A stretch of 64,000 nucleotides of DNA from Pelagomonas calceolata (taxonomy: Eukaryota): the NCBI GenBank assembly GCA_918797485.1, contig CAKKNE010000002.1, positions 3,596,001 through 3,660,000 of the forward strand. Reading direction: 5' to 3'. A program made the translations under genes and the position numbers. The notes beneath the pieces are model-generated. The model did not search any database. It was given only the letters and a program-made list of their open reading frames with translations, and had not been told where the DNA came from. Within the stretch, counting starts at the first letter, position 1. Each line of letters opens with the position of its first letter. Shown here in pieces: positions 1-11,369 of the stretch.

Positions 1-419
1 GGTTTCGCGGTCACGGTACCCCGGGGCCTGGACTGTATCATGACCGTGAGGTCGATACGCTCACCGTGACCACCGTGACTGGTGGCCACGGCATGACGGT
101 CACTCACAACGACCCCCCCCCCTTGCGTAACATGCCTACGTCGCGGTGCCGCCCCGATTTCCGTTGCCGTGAGGCTCCGCAGGGTTTGATATCGTAGCGC
201 AGCTCCGATTATGGCTTCCAAAGGGTTGCACTTGTCCTCAGTCCCGAAAGTCGATTTATTTATGTCGCCGCGTACGCCGAGAACCTCGAATCGGTCTCTC
301 GCGATGCTAAGACGGTCGCTATGATACGCCAAGATGACCGTAGCTTCGCCCGGTCGTACCAGCCTGAGGGTAGTAGCAACCGCGCGGGGGGCAGCTTCTG
401 CGCACGCCCGGCGAGATTT

Positions 420-487
420 CGTGCGTCTCTTTTTATGCTGAAAAGCAGAGTATCCAGCATTTCCGGGCGCTCGGGCAGGTCCAAGTG
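420..487. repeat. Dispersed repeat, inverted copy of 10025-10090
   Basis: ttttatgctgaaaagcagagtatccagcatttccgggcgctcgggcag is the reverse complement, with few differences, of ctgcccgagcgcccggaaatgcgggatactctgcttttctttcagcataaaa at about 10033-10085. Confidence 0.8.
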
Positions 488-531
488 CTGGCAACTTGAA
501 GGGGCCATCCGGCAGGGGGGAAGGGGGGGAT

Positions 532-904
532 CAGGGTGTGAGATGTGAGTGTGAGACCGGTTTGGAGGTGTAAGTGTGAGTGTGAGACCGGTCGCAGTTC
601 TCAGATGTGAGACCCGGGCGACCGTGCGGGTCGCCGGCGCGGCGGCGCCGCGCCGGCGCGGGGCTGCTGGCGGCGCGAAAATGACTGTATTTCCGGCCAT
701 GCCTTCCAGGCTCTGAATTGGTCTGCCAAGCACGCGTGGCGGCTCTTTTGGCACTTTTGAGGCTAAATTTAGCGATTTTTAGGCAAAAAATCGTTTAAAA
801 CCCGAATTTACAGGCGTCCAGGTGTGCGATTTTGCGCTTAGATGTGAGTTTGAGGACGCTTCAGACGCCTAGGTGTGAGTGTGAGGACGGATTCTCACAC
901 GCTG
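532..904. mobile_element. Possible MITE with short TIRs and subterminal repeats
   Basis: cagggtgtgaga ... tctcacacgctg (12-bp TIR, 1 mismatch); multiple tgtgagtgtgag-type repeats clustered near both ends; no clear TSD. Confidence 0.45.
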
Positions 905-1119
905 GTCCCCCGGGGGCATTCCCAAGATACTGTGCCAAGGGCCAAGAGAGATCACCCGCACCCGTAGACGCAAACGAGCATACAGGCTTGAGCATACGTA
1001 CCAATTGTCGGCTGCATAGGTACTGTAGGTATCGCACAGTTTCTATCTATCTGTTGATTTAATGATTAGTTGTGCCTGTTGATTTAAGGATTAGATTGTT
1101 GTGTCTGAACCAGTGATAT

Positions 1120-4100
1120 ATGTCATTATTCAAGTTAAAGGACTGGTGGTCTACAACCCTCGGCCACCGTGAACAGTTTAGTGGCGGCGGCCTCGCAGCA
1201 GGAATCATTGATAACTCAGGAAAACCTCGAATAGTATCCGGCTCGTTGCAGGGCTGGCTACGGGTTCACAACCCATTAATGCCCAATAGAACCCCAGACA
1301 GCACAAAAAGCCTACTGTTGGAAGTCCGTCTGGATGCTCCAATCTATCAACTCAAAGTTGGCCGTGCACACGCAATAGCTGTCTTACATCCTAGTAAACT
1401 AAGGGTATGCACATGCTCGGCGCGCACCAATCAGGGCTCGAGTATCGAAACTTCTCATTTGGAGCTAACTGCGCAATATATTCACGACTTCGAAGTGACG
1501 AATATTGGAACGCATGCTTTCTCTATGTGTCTGGGCTCATTTGGGGGGAGTACTGATCGAGAGATGATCCTGGTCCAGCATATGGATGGCCACGTTACAA
1601 TATACGATTACGATGTTATATCAGCGAAGTTTGCATACTTTGAACTGCATCGTAAGGATTATCGCTGCTTTATTTAGGTTGAAATACTCTGCCACTGCTT
1701 CCAGGATTGTTTAGCGCCAGGACCGATCGAGTATGTCCAATCTGCAGATGCATTCGTAACAAGTAACGTGGCCATGTCGATTGCTTGTTATAAGTTTCAG
1801 GTCTTTCAAGTTGTAATTTGTGCTCAGATGTCTACCAACTTACGAATTAGGCACTAGCACATTCCACTAATCAAGACAAGTCAGCCTCACTTCAAACTAG
1901 TGGAACCTTAATTGAAGCCAAAGACAAATGTGTCGTCTTGCCTTGTAACAGCAATAAAACCAGGCGAGTTGTGACAGCAGATTGGATATGTAATGTTGGT
2001 GAGCTAATTCTTTCATTTGGCATCGCCCACGTAAGGATGACTTCAATATGTGATGACAGCGCATGTGAAATACATAATGCGCATGTAGACTCTGTTCCCA
2101 GGTCAGATTGTTGCTCTTGGCGAGCATACTCTATTTATTGTATCAGTGGACGGTGTTCTGCAAGCCTCCAAACTGATGGATTTCCATCCCACGTCATTAT
2201 GCATCTGCCCTACATTTGGAATTGAGGCATGGCCACGAGTACTTGAATAAAAACATCACTAGTTGTAATCTTGCAGTATTTAGGTACTGGAACAATGCGC
2301 ATCGGAAATGAATAGCAGCCCTCACGTCTGTTGTGATGTTGATAATATCATTGTTTATGGTTCTGATGCTCGTGTCTATGTGCTAAATTCCGCACTGCAA
2401 GTTATTTGGGTTGCGTGTGGTGGCGTGAGTAAGCCTCTTTCCATTTCTTTGTTTAGCGTTGGCTGGCAGCGCCTTAAGTATTGGTTCACTGTCTACATGC
2501 CTGCTACCAGGTACTATGCACTACGTTAACAAAGGCTGGCATGATGTTGGTTGTGCAAAGCAACGTGTTATTTCAGCTGCATTACTGCATCTGATTGTTG
2601 ACTAGGTACTAGATGACACTGGCAATGTGATGACACAGCGCGCAACCCATCGTGATCAATAATTTCGAAAATAATAGCTAATCCTCAGTTTAGGTTTCTT
2701 GGTACGGAACCGGTGTCAAAAGTGCCGCTTAATAAGCTGTCAGCTATTCAAGTCGCCCCCTCTGCTACTGTAAGAGAGTTCTTGTCTTTGCGCAAAGAAG
2801 CGACTAGTCCCAGGACTGAGGAGATTTCTGCCGCACGTTTGTTTATTAGAGCTCGGGCCGCTCGGGCTCAAAGGGATATAACCAAATACCAATTTGATCA
2901 AAAGCGGTGCTTTGAGGCCTCTGCCAGCAATGAGATCATCAAAAGTAGCAAGATTGGTGTGCAAAATTCAAACATCCAATACTCGGCGTTGATTAGGTTG
3001 TATGCAGAAACGCCAGGGGTTTCAAACGAGGGGCCTTGGAGTAAAAAACCTGTTGAGCGTGTCACCACAAGTGCACTACTATTCGCTTCCTGCTCCGGCG
3101 AAAGTGCGTTCCCTAAGGCTTTTGTCACGGTTAATTCACCTTCATGGGTGCACATGCCGAAAGTTACGATGGTCACTGATGTTGGTCGCGAGACATCGAA
3201 GCCACACTGGTTAGAGTTTTTCTTTTATGCCCAAAAGCCATTTCCAGCCGCCACCATGCGAGTTGCAGCCATCGCCAAATATCGATCGACAGAGAGTCAC
3301 ATTAAATTTGCGTCCGTGGCTCTTCGACTTCCTCTGGCCCTGAACTGTCGTTTGCAATCAACACCACAATCTCAACGGGCCGCCTATAAAATTACACTAG
3401 ATACAGACAAGGAAGCAGCCAAACGCAGTGCACGATGTCCCAGGTTTAGGAGACCAACACTTAATTATGTTTTAGGTTGAAATGTTTGATCTTTTCGCAG
3501 ACATGCTTCTTCAAACAGACATGAAATCAAAAGAATTAAGATTCGCTGCCCAGCAAGCCATTTCTTTTGAGTTCCACTTCACAACAGATGATTTATTACC
3601 CACAGCAATAGCCAAACCATCCCCTAAAGTACAGGTAACTGGCACTTTGATTGTATCCAGGCATACTAGTAGTTATAGCATTCAGAGCACTGCTCTTCCT
3701 GCTCTCTGGCTGCTTACAAATGAGCTGTGCACTAGGCTACAATGCCGATGGTACGATAGGGGTGGTGTAAAAATCTCGTATAAGGAACCTCTTCCTCTGT
3801 CTGACTATTTTGCTTCGGTAGATGATCATCATGCAACTCGAGTTGCTTTACGTATCGCAGAGTCCGCCTTAAACGACGCGTCTCATCAGTTTCGAACAAT
3901 AGAAAAACGCTTACTTATTCGTTTCAAGGATGGTCGCCCTGTACAGATCAATCACCTAAGCTTGTTGATGCGGCAAACACATCATAACTTGCAGCGACTA
4001 GCCTCGATTATCCAACACGCTCAATTAGAGCGACGAAGGAGCGCAAGCATATTGGCTTGCTCTACCAATCTTCTTGTTTCTCTGATGCACTTTCATTTTG

Positions 4101-4378
4101 GACTCTCCGCGAAGAAAATCGCAAATATCTCAAGTCACATGAATCCTGATGTTGTCTCTCTTAACCTGGCCGCGCGTGAAGTTGGGCTGGCTGGCTGGGA
4201 AGAGGTTGCGGATATGTCAATGGCTTTCTTGCTAAAGAACAATATCATGAGACGCGCATCTAAGAGTACGCCAATAAAACCAGCTGTTCAAGCAGCAACA
4301 TTGGCTTTCCCGTCGACGACAGATACGCTTAAGAAAAGAATCGCAATTATCTGTCATAAACTTGATCCCGTAAAGTAG
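1120..4378 (+). CDS. BBS9: BBSome subunit BBS9/PTHB1 (multi-exon)
   Basis: N-terminus MSLFKLKDWWST matches BBS9 MSLFKARDWWST; further matches in QHMDG, LAPGPI, VALGEHTL and QFRTIEKRLLIRFKD. Introns inferred at 1615-1677, 1801-1850 and 3418-3475 (GC-AG), with further unresolved introns between about 2030 and 2700. Confidence 0.9.
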
Positions 4379-4559
4379 TATCCAGAAGCAGCGATCGCTG
4401 TTCGACTTACTGACAATGCGAAGTCAGATGAATTTAATCTGCAGTCGGCATGTCCACACGAATCAATGCTTTTTTTTGCCTTCTCTGTGGCCAACGTAGT
4501 TTCACAGTCAGACTACTCCAAAGTGGTGCGCATAGCCTGTATTGCCAACGCCCACAGAG

Positions 4560-4635
4560 TCCAGCCAAGCTCCAAGGCCCAAAAAAAAACAGACCACAAT
4601 GGCATCAAGGAGCCCAACAAAATCGCTTATATGCA
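4560..4635 (+). pseudogene. Possible degraded ribosomal protein L29 fragment
   Basis: Translation SKAQKKTDHNGIKEPNKIAYM loosely resembles the eL29 motif KAHxNGIKKP..xRY; short and diverged. Confidence 0.25.
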
Positions 4636-4834
4636 AATAGTCTTGGCCTTCTGAGGCCCTCGTACCAGACGTGGGTCAGATGCTTCGTCACAAAAAGTTA
4701 GGCATTCTGATCTGGCAAGTAAGGACCATGCCTACCTATTACCTCCTCGCCACTCCGCTCGGCTAGCGTCGGCCGGGTCCACCGTGGACGCGACTTGCTG
4801 CGCACTGGCAGCCTGAGAGCCCGAGAGAGAGAGA

Positions 4835-4980
4835 GATGATGATATAAGTTGAGTGCTTTTCTACACCACTGTTTTGATTTTAGAGGCCAATTAAGCCCTA
4901 TTCGCTGCGTTCATAGGACAATCGGCCTCTAATCAAAAAAGGTTCACGATGTAAAAAAGCACTCAACTTATATCATCATC
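4835..4980. mobile_element. 146-bp palindromic MITE
   Basis: Perfect 26-bp TIR gatgatgatataagttgagtgctttt / aaaagcactcaacttatatcatcatc; inner imperfect arms tgattttagaggcc / ggcctctaatca; gaga on both flanks. Confidence 0.8.
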
Positions 4981-5750
4981 GAGAAAGTCCGAGTCGAAGT
5001 GAGAGTCGCTTATCATGATTGAGCTCTCAGGCTACTAGCAGCCCCTCTAGCACGCCGCCGGGTCCCCCCCCCGAGTTGCGTAGGGAGAGGTAGGGTCCCA
5101 ATCCGCCAGTGACTGTATTCTTGCTACTTGAAGTTATTACTAGTAGAATTACTGCCATTCAGCTCCGAGTCCCGCCCATTAACATATCCCTCCGACTGGC
5201 CGTCGCAGATGCCGTCGCACACAATTGTCGTGACCAATTGGGACTAGTCGGCCGAGCCGTCGTTCTCAGCGAGCGGGGTGGTGGATGAGCCGTCGGCGTA
5301 GCCAACGACGTACGCCGAGAGAGCCTGGGATTTAGCTGCGTCGTGCCGTTAGGTTCCAATATCTAGAGGACACGTACCGCCCATTGGTGCCCAATAGAGA
5401 GAAGTCCCTACCTAGTGGTAACCGTGACCGGCCATTGTCGCTTAGTTAACTCTTTCACTATTACCAAGTCGACCATGTAACCTCACTCACGGCGTAGTCT
5501 ACGAGCTTGTGTTGCCGAGCTTGTGTTGCACACGCATACGTCGAGTACTATGATACACCGGGTGCCTCCGTCATGCCCGCAGGCCCAGGCTTGCTAGAGG
5601 TCCTCAAAACATTCTGAAGCCTGATTAGTTTCCCATTTTGCTTACTTCAATTTAATTAAGCTTATTGCATGTAGAAGCAAGAAGCTTACTTTTTATTCAG
5701 CGTTTTGCATTTAGATAATTGATTATGAAACTTTATATGTCCAGGGTGGG

Positions 5751-7689
5751 TTAATCGGCTTTTACTACAGAGTAAATGTGACATATAAACGCAAATGTGG
5801 CATGGAACCCAACAGCTCCCAGCATAAGAAAGAAGGCATAAGAGATTATAGCCATGTAGCCAAAGTAGAAACTCCCCTGGATCATACCTTTCATGCTTGA
5901 CCGATGAAAAAAATAAAAGAAGGAGTAAGCGTATATGAAGGCGCCCGTCGACCCACCGCAGATAAGAGAACGCCACCACCACCGATAGTCCTCACGTGCC
6001 AGTTGAAAGTAGGCTAGCGAAACTGTAATGAAAGCGGTTACCTACATTATCGCATTCGGAAATACATCCAGATTTTCTATCTCTACACAGGGACATTGCA
6101 ATGATTAGCATGATAAACGCAAGGAACAGAATTCCAAAAAGGGTATAGATTTTATGGCCCCACAACGAAGCAAATATGTAATGAAGTTCAATGTAGATAG
6201 CACTGAAAGGCAGAAAACCAGCCATGAACCTAGAAACTCAACAAACTTAACTATTTGTCGTGGGCCTTAAGGCACGCAGGAGAGACATTTGCGCCGCTGG
6301 GGTACGGAACCACGGTGCATCTGTGGGAATCTCACGGGGAAGACGGGTGGTGCGACACGGAGCATTGAAATCCGACGACAGCTGCCTCCCAAGTATAGCA
6401 CCACCCAGGGTAAGCGGGAGTGCAACAAGGCCATAGAGAGCAGTGATTATAAAAACAGCAACTACGGGCAGAGCAGCGGATGAACCATGTGCGAGAGCTA
6501 CTGAATTAACCCATGTAAAGACAAGTACCAGTGGAATAGGAAAGACAGTGGCTGTCACAAGTGCATTTGAAAGCCATGCTTTACCGCCAATTTGACGGTA
6601 GAGGCGCGCAGACACGAAGCCGCCAATGGGCGCCGTACATGCATATAGAATGATCATGGCTGTAAGAATGGCACCACGTTTCGTAGGCACAATACAGTTC
6701 GATATCGCGCAGATCAAAAGCAACAAGGTAACACACAGGAGATGTGCACCCGCACCAAGCAGGGCCGTAAGTCCATTGGCAAAGGGGGGAAATCGAAAAA
6801 CATCTCCATTGATCAATTTCCAACCTGTTTCTTCCTCCCCGATTTCATCCTCTTCTACCTCCATGTAGCGCGAGAAATCATTTTTAAGCACGCGCATCAT
6901 GATGATTGTTAGGAACGCAGTCAGCAACAACACAAGAACGAAAGAGTTGATGATTGACAGCCAGTGAATTTCAAAAGTTCCTGGTAGGAATCTTGAATCA
7001 TGATAACGCGACATCCTCGAACCCCATTTTAGATCTAGCCGAGCCAGCCACTCGACACTGTAGGAAAAAGCGACTTCAGTGCCATCGAACTCCTCGGTGA
7101 TATCTACTTTGCGCTGTGGATTTGTGGATACATTCACTGACACCACTTGATCAGTGTTATATCCAATTGAAAAATGGAGGTGAGGGTAGATGTAGCGTCT
7201 AACCGTCTCTAGATGCCCTAAAAGTACATCCTCGCCCTCTACTTCACCAATATACCCCCACATGGGTAGATCTTCGATGAACATTTCGAAGTAATAATCA
7301 TTCTCAATCGCGTGCGTAAACATTCTCAATTCGGCTTGAGAGAAAGATTGTTCGCACAAGAGACGCCATGGTACATTGTCTAGAAAAGTAATTTCGTACG
7401 GCGAAACAACCTTCCGATCCCCTACGAGTCGCTCACCAAAGTCTTCGCGTCTTCTTTTTTTGGTGCGAGAGCAGAACGGTAGCGAGTAGTACTCGTACGT
7501 CTCAGACGGATTGTTGAAAGGACCGACCTACACATTGAAAGTTGTGTGACAATCCAACATTGGCCTAAACCTTACCTTGTTTGCAATCACTTGCAGGGGC
7601 TCATGCGCAGCATAATGTGCACCCAATGAGGCCTCCGCAAGCGGAGAAAGCCCGAAAACCAGCAAGGCTATCAACGAGCAATGCTTCAT
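5751..7689 (-). CDS. Transmembrane 9 superfamily (nonaspanin, TM9SF1-like) protein, 4 exons
   Basis: Signal peptide MKHCSLIALLVFG; motifs NKVGPFNNPSETYEYYSLPFC, IHWLSIINS, GWKLINGDVFR, GFLPFSAIYIEL, EDYRWWW; C-terminal KAD. Introns 7528-7575, 6230-6286 and 6042-6099 (GC-AG). Confidence 0.95.
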
Positions 7690-8408
7690 TGTCGAAACGT
7701 CCCGGTTGGCCTTACTTCCCGCTAGCCTGTGTCCTGCTAGCCTGTGTCCCTCGAGGGACGCTGGGATACTTGCAGACTTGCAGAGACGTGGACTTCGAGC
7801 GCGCTACACGAGAGAGGTCGCCATGGCCCGAACCAGATACAAACTGCCCTCGCAGACTTAGATGCGCCGCCGGGTGGGTCGCGCCGCCCAGAGACTGGGC
7901 CCGGCTCGGAGTCTCAAGCCCCGAGAGCCTGCTGATGCCGGCGGGTACCAGCGGCGTAGCACCCTGCGAGAGCTCCTGCGAGCTAGTGACTCTAGGCGAC
8001 CCAAACTAAACAACCACGCGGACCAGAGAACCCCACGACTGGCATCCGAGTCATGATGAGTCGACACGGTCGCTCCGAATCTATAATGTTGGGACTTCCC
8101 TGGTGCTTACTTCGGGGGGGGCTTTATCCACTCCTTTTCTACACCCCTTTCGGGAGATTAGAGTTGGGGACGATTAGAGTAAAAAGATCTTAGTGGCCCG
8201 CCCCCCAATACGTTACCAGTTGCGGTTCCTTCGCCGACCTCAGGGTGTCGCATTTGCGTATCCACCCCACCCCACGCCATAGGTATACAGGGCCCTCAGG
8301 AGGCCAAATTGCCTGCATAGGGCAAATGCTGATCAAATGCCAGTGATGGTCACAGGCAGAAAATGACAACATCATAGGGTCCGAATTTTAGCTTACATCA
8401 CTTTGTAC

Positions 8409-9374
8409 TCAATAGTCGTCGCCACCACCATCACCGCCAAACATGTCCATGCCGCCACCCATGTCAATCTCCTCCTCCTCCTCCTCCTCTTTCGGTTCTT
8501 CAGCCGTCGTTGTGTTTTTCGCACCGCCGCCGTCACTAGCAGATACGAAAGCTGATGGATCAGCGAGATAAGCTTTGAAAGGACCAGCCTTGCCAAAAGA
8601 ATATCCCTCACACTCCACTGCAATTGCCACTAGAGTTTTAAAGCAGGTTGCGATGGAGTGGGGCGCCGAACAAATAGACGGGTAACTAGTTTGCAGACAC
8701 ACTGAGGAAATGGCGCCGAGAGCATTACCGAACTTGAAAAACAGGTCATCATCAGTAAGATCAAGGACTTTGACATCAAATATGGACCCATTGTCATAAA
8801 CGTCTGTAATCACCAGGCCATAGTCAAAAGGATTAATGTGGAGCTTTTGGAGGAGAACGGCCTCTGAGTTACCCACCTTGTCACCAGCCTTGAGCAGATT
8901 TACTGGGGACGTAATTTCAATGCGTCCCTTCACAATTTTGGTTGCTATCTGTAGGGTCTGGAAGAAATTGGTTTGACCCGGATCACAATCCGTTGGACCC
9001 GGAGGAACCACAACGTCGATTGGTGCAATGGCACCGACACGTGCGGGGGCGGGCACGCGGTTGTCTTCGATTAGCTCGCGCACCTTACCGAGATCACCAT
9101 TCGTGAACACGAATCCAATATTGCCCATGATCTTCGGCAGTAGCATCTCATACGGGTGGCCTGGGTTTTTAGCAAGGTAGGCGCTGACGACCTTGCGCAT
9201 CATGGTATTTTTGCCCATGAGCACAACAGCCTCCCCCCTAAGAGCCATGCGGATTTGCTGGAACTGCTTCGACCCAACGTTGTCACAAGACACGATGAAG
9301 ATTCTAGAGTACGCATCAAGGAGGCCCTCCATCTTGCCAAAATACTCCTGCTTGCGCTCCCGTGAGAGACCCAT
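8409..9374 (-). CDS. RPLP0: 60S acidic ribosomal protein P0 (uL10), intronless
   Basis: [40 protein letters not shown] and an acidic C-terminal tail; ATG at 9374. Confidence 0.97.
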   Translation of the reverse strand: MGLSRERKQEYFGKMEGLLDAYSRIFIVSCDNVGSKQFQQIRMALRGEAVVLMGKNTMMRKVVSAYLAKNPGHPYEMLLPKIMGNIGFVFTNGDLGKVRELIEDNRVPAPARVGAIAPIDVVVPPGPTDCDPGQTNFFQTLQIATKIVKGRIEITSPVNLLKAGDKVGNSEAVLLQKLHINPFDYGLVITDVYDNGSIFDVKVLDLTDDDLFFKFGNALGAISSVCLQTSYPSICSAPHSIATCFKTLVAIAVECEGYSFGKAGPFKAYLADPSAFVSASDGGGAKNTTTAEEPKEEEEEEEIDMGGGMDMFGGDGGGDDY

Positions 9375-10024
9375 GTCGCCGAATTCGAGCGACCAACGCC
9401 TCACTAGTAAGTAGCCTCCTTTTGCAGACCCTTCGAGATATAGGCCTAAAGCTGTCGACTTCGAAACCCGCGAGCGTCTGAGGCCCGGGGCTCTTCGGCA
9501 ATTGATTTATCCTAAGCCTTGTCGTAACTCTGCAGCCTAATGTGCCCATTCAGGCGGCCGGGCAGCTAAAAACAGCCTGAGCGTCGTCCACTGCTACGAT
9601 ACGCAACATGTTTTTCGTTTTGGTAGGTGATGCACGGCCGGCGCGAGGAAGAAGCGCACAGCAGGCTTGAGGGCACATTGATGTTGATTTCGACGCGGCA
9701 GTCGATACTAATGTACCGCATGCGGTACATTAGTCGATGGCCCAGCGCAAATTGCGCTCACTCTGGACGAGGTTGTTGAGGAAAGACTCGTAGTGGTCGA
9801 CGTCCCCATCACTGGCAGAATCTCCGAACTTGAATTCAGAAAAACCAGATACTCTAGTCGTCGCGTCCGCGGTGGGGACGCGATTGATGCGAACCAGATA
9901 TTTGGTTGTTGTCATTCTTTTATCGGATTCTCGCGCGTGAGCCGCCAGGCCGAATAAAGATAATCCTCGTCAGGCGCGCTTGCCAGCCTCAGCTGACTCG
10001 GAGTGGGCCGTATCATAGATGCAT

Positions 10025-10090
10025 CACTTGAGCTGCCCGAGCGCCCGGAAATGCGGGATACTCTGCTTTTCTTTCAGCATAAAAAGACGT
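10025..10090. repeat. Dispersed repeat, inverted copy of 420-487
   Basis: Reverse-complement match to 420-487. Confidence 0.8.
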
Positions 10091-11369
10091 ACGTGGCGCC
10101 AAGACTCGGGTCCACTGGCAGCTACCGTGACAGGCGAATCCCCATCATGAAGATCCTCAGGCTCGTAGTACGCGCAACATCTCGCTGGGCGGTGGAGATA
10201 ACATCTCAGAAGAATGGTATCTGTTTGTGAAAAACGACTGATTGTCGCCACAGACTGGCCCGCCGGGTCTCACTGGCACTGGCAGGCCCGGGCTCTTTTT
10301 AACTTGAAGTTTGTGCAGGCCCGCGGGCACCCTGGGCCCGGTCCGAAACGCTGTCAAAGCAACTCACCACTCCTCAGTCGGTGGAAATTTCGGCGAGGTC
10401 AAACCATGTTCTTCTTAATAACGCAGTCACTAGCTCAAACAAATTATAACGATGGCACTTGCTGTACCTACGGCCCTGCGGTATACCGGGGGGGTCTATA
10501 ATTGTACCCAGGTACATGTGCCCTCCCCTTCACCTCGCCGTATGGGGCCTTATGGGGCCCAGTCAGGGTTGTACATTACACAGGCGTCTATACGTACCCC
10601 CGCCCGCGCCCCAAAGCCCTGGGTTTGAGCGCTCGGGACGTTTTGGCCGACCGCGAGCGCCCCACGGCGGTGCGTTGCGGGCCACTTTTCGCACGAGAAT
10701 CTGCTCATTTCGGGCGTATCGAGGGTGCAAGAGCGTCGTCACTGACCTCATGACCCACGCCCATGGGCTGGTGAGATTGCCCGCGGCCAGGATTACCCGT
10801 GAGACATTCAACTGTTCGAACCCATGCACCGAACGCGGTAAAATGGGTGCCGAATGCAAAGGAGATTCACTTATTGGCAACCCATGCATTGTAAGTGAGC
10901 GAGTGATGCCTCGGGTCCGGAGCGGCACTAAATTCCAGCCGAGACCGCGATCCGAATGGGTTGTGACCCGCGGCACTTCGGGACCGACCGCGACCAGCAA
11001 AACAAAGCGAAGCCGTCGGCCGCTAACCGTCACGCTGCGCAGGCACCGGCTCTGGACCAGGCACGAGGGGCACGCAAAGCCCGGAGATATGCGGACGCGG
11101 TCTCCGTCGGCTTGGAGGGAGTCGAGCCCAGGCTCCAGGAGAGCAGATTTGGGGGCACATTTGTAACTCGCGACGCAGGCCGAATAAGTGGCAACCGGTG
11201 CACTGTAAGTTGGCCAGTGGCCGTCCGAGGTAGCCCCGCCTGGGTGCTGCGCCAGCCGTTGCGCCGGTCGCGCGCCGGTTCGCTTAACGCTAACCTGGGT
11301 ACAATAACCAACTTACCCAGTAGGATACCGCAGTAGGTATTCTACCGCCGCTTTAATCCGCGCGTTAAG

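Noticed and set aside
9730..11336. Short ORFs between RPLP0 and the coiled-coil/LRR gene as a transposase or gene
   Set aside because: No recognisable domain; could be decayed element sequence but this cannot be supported by eye
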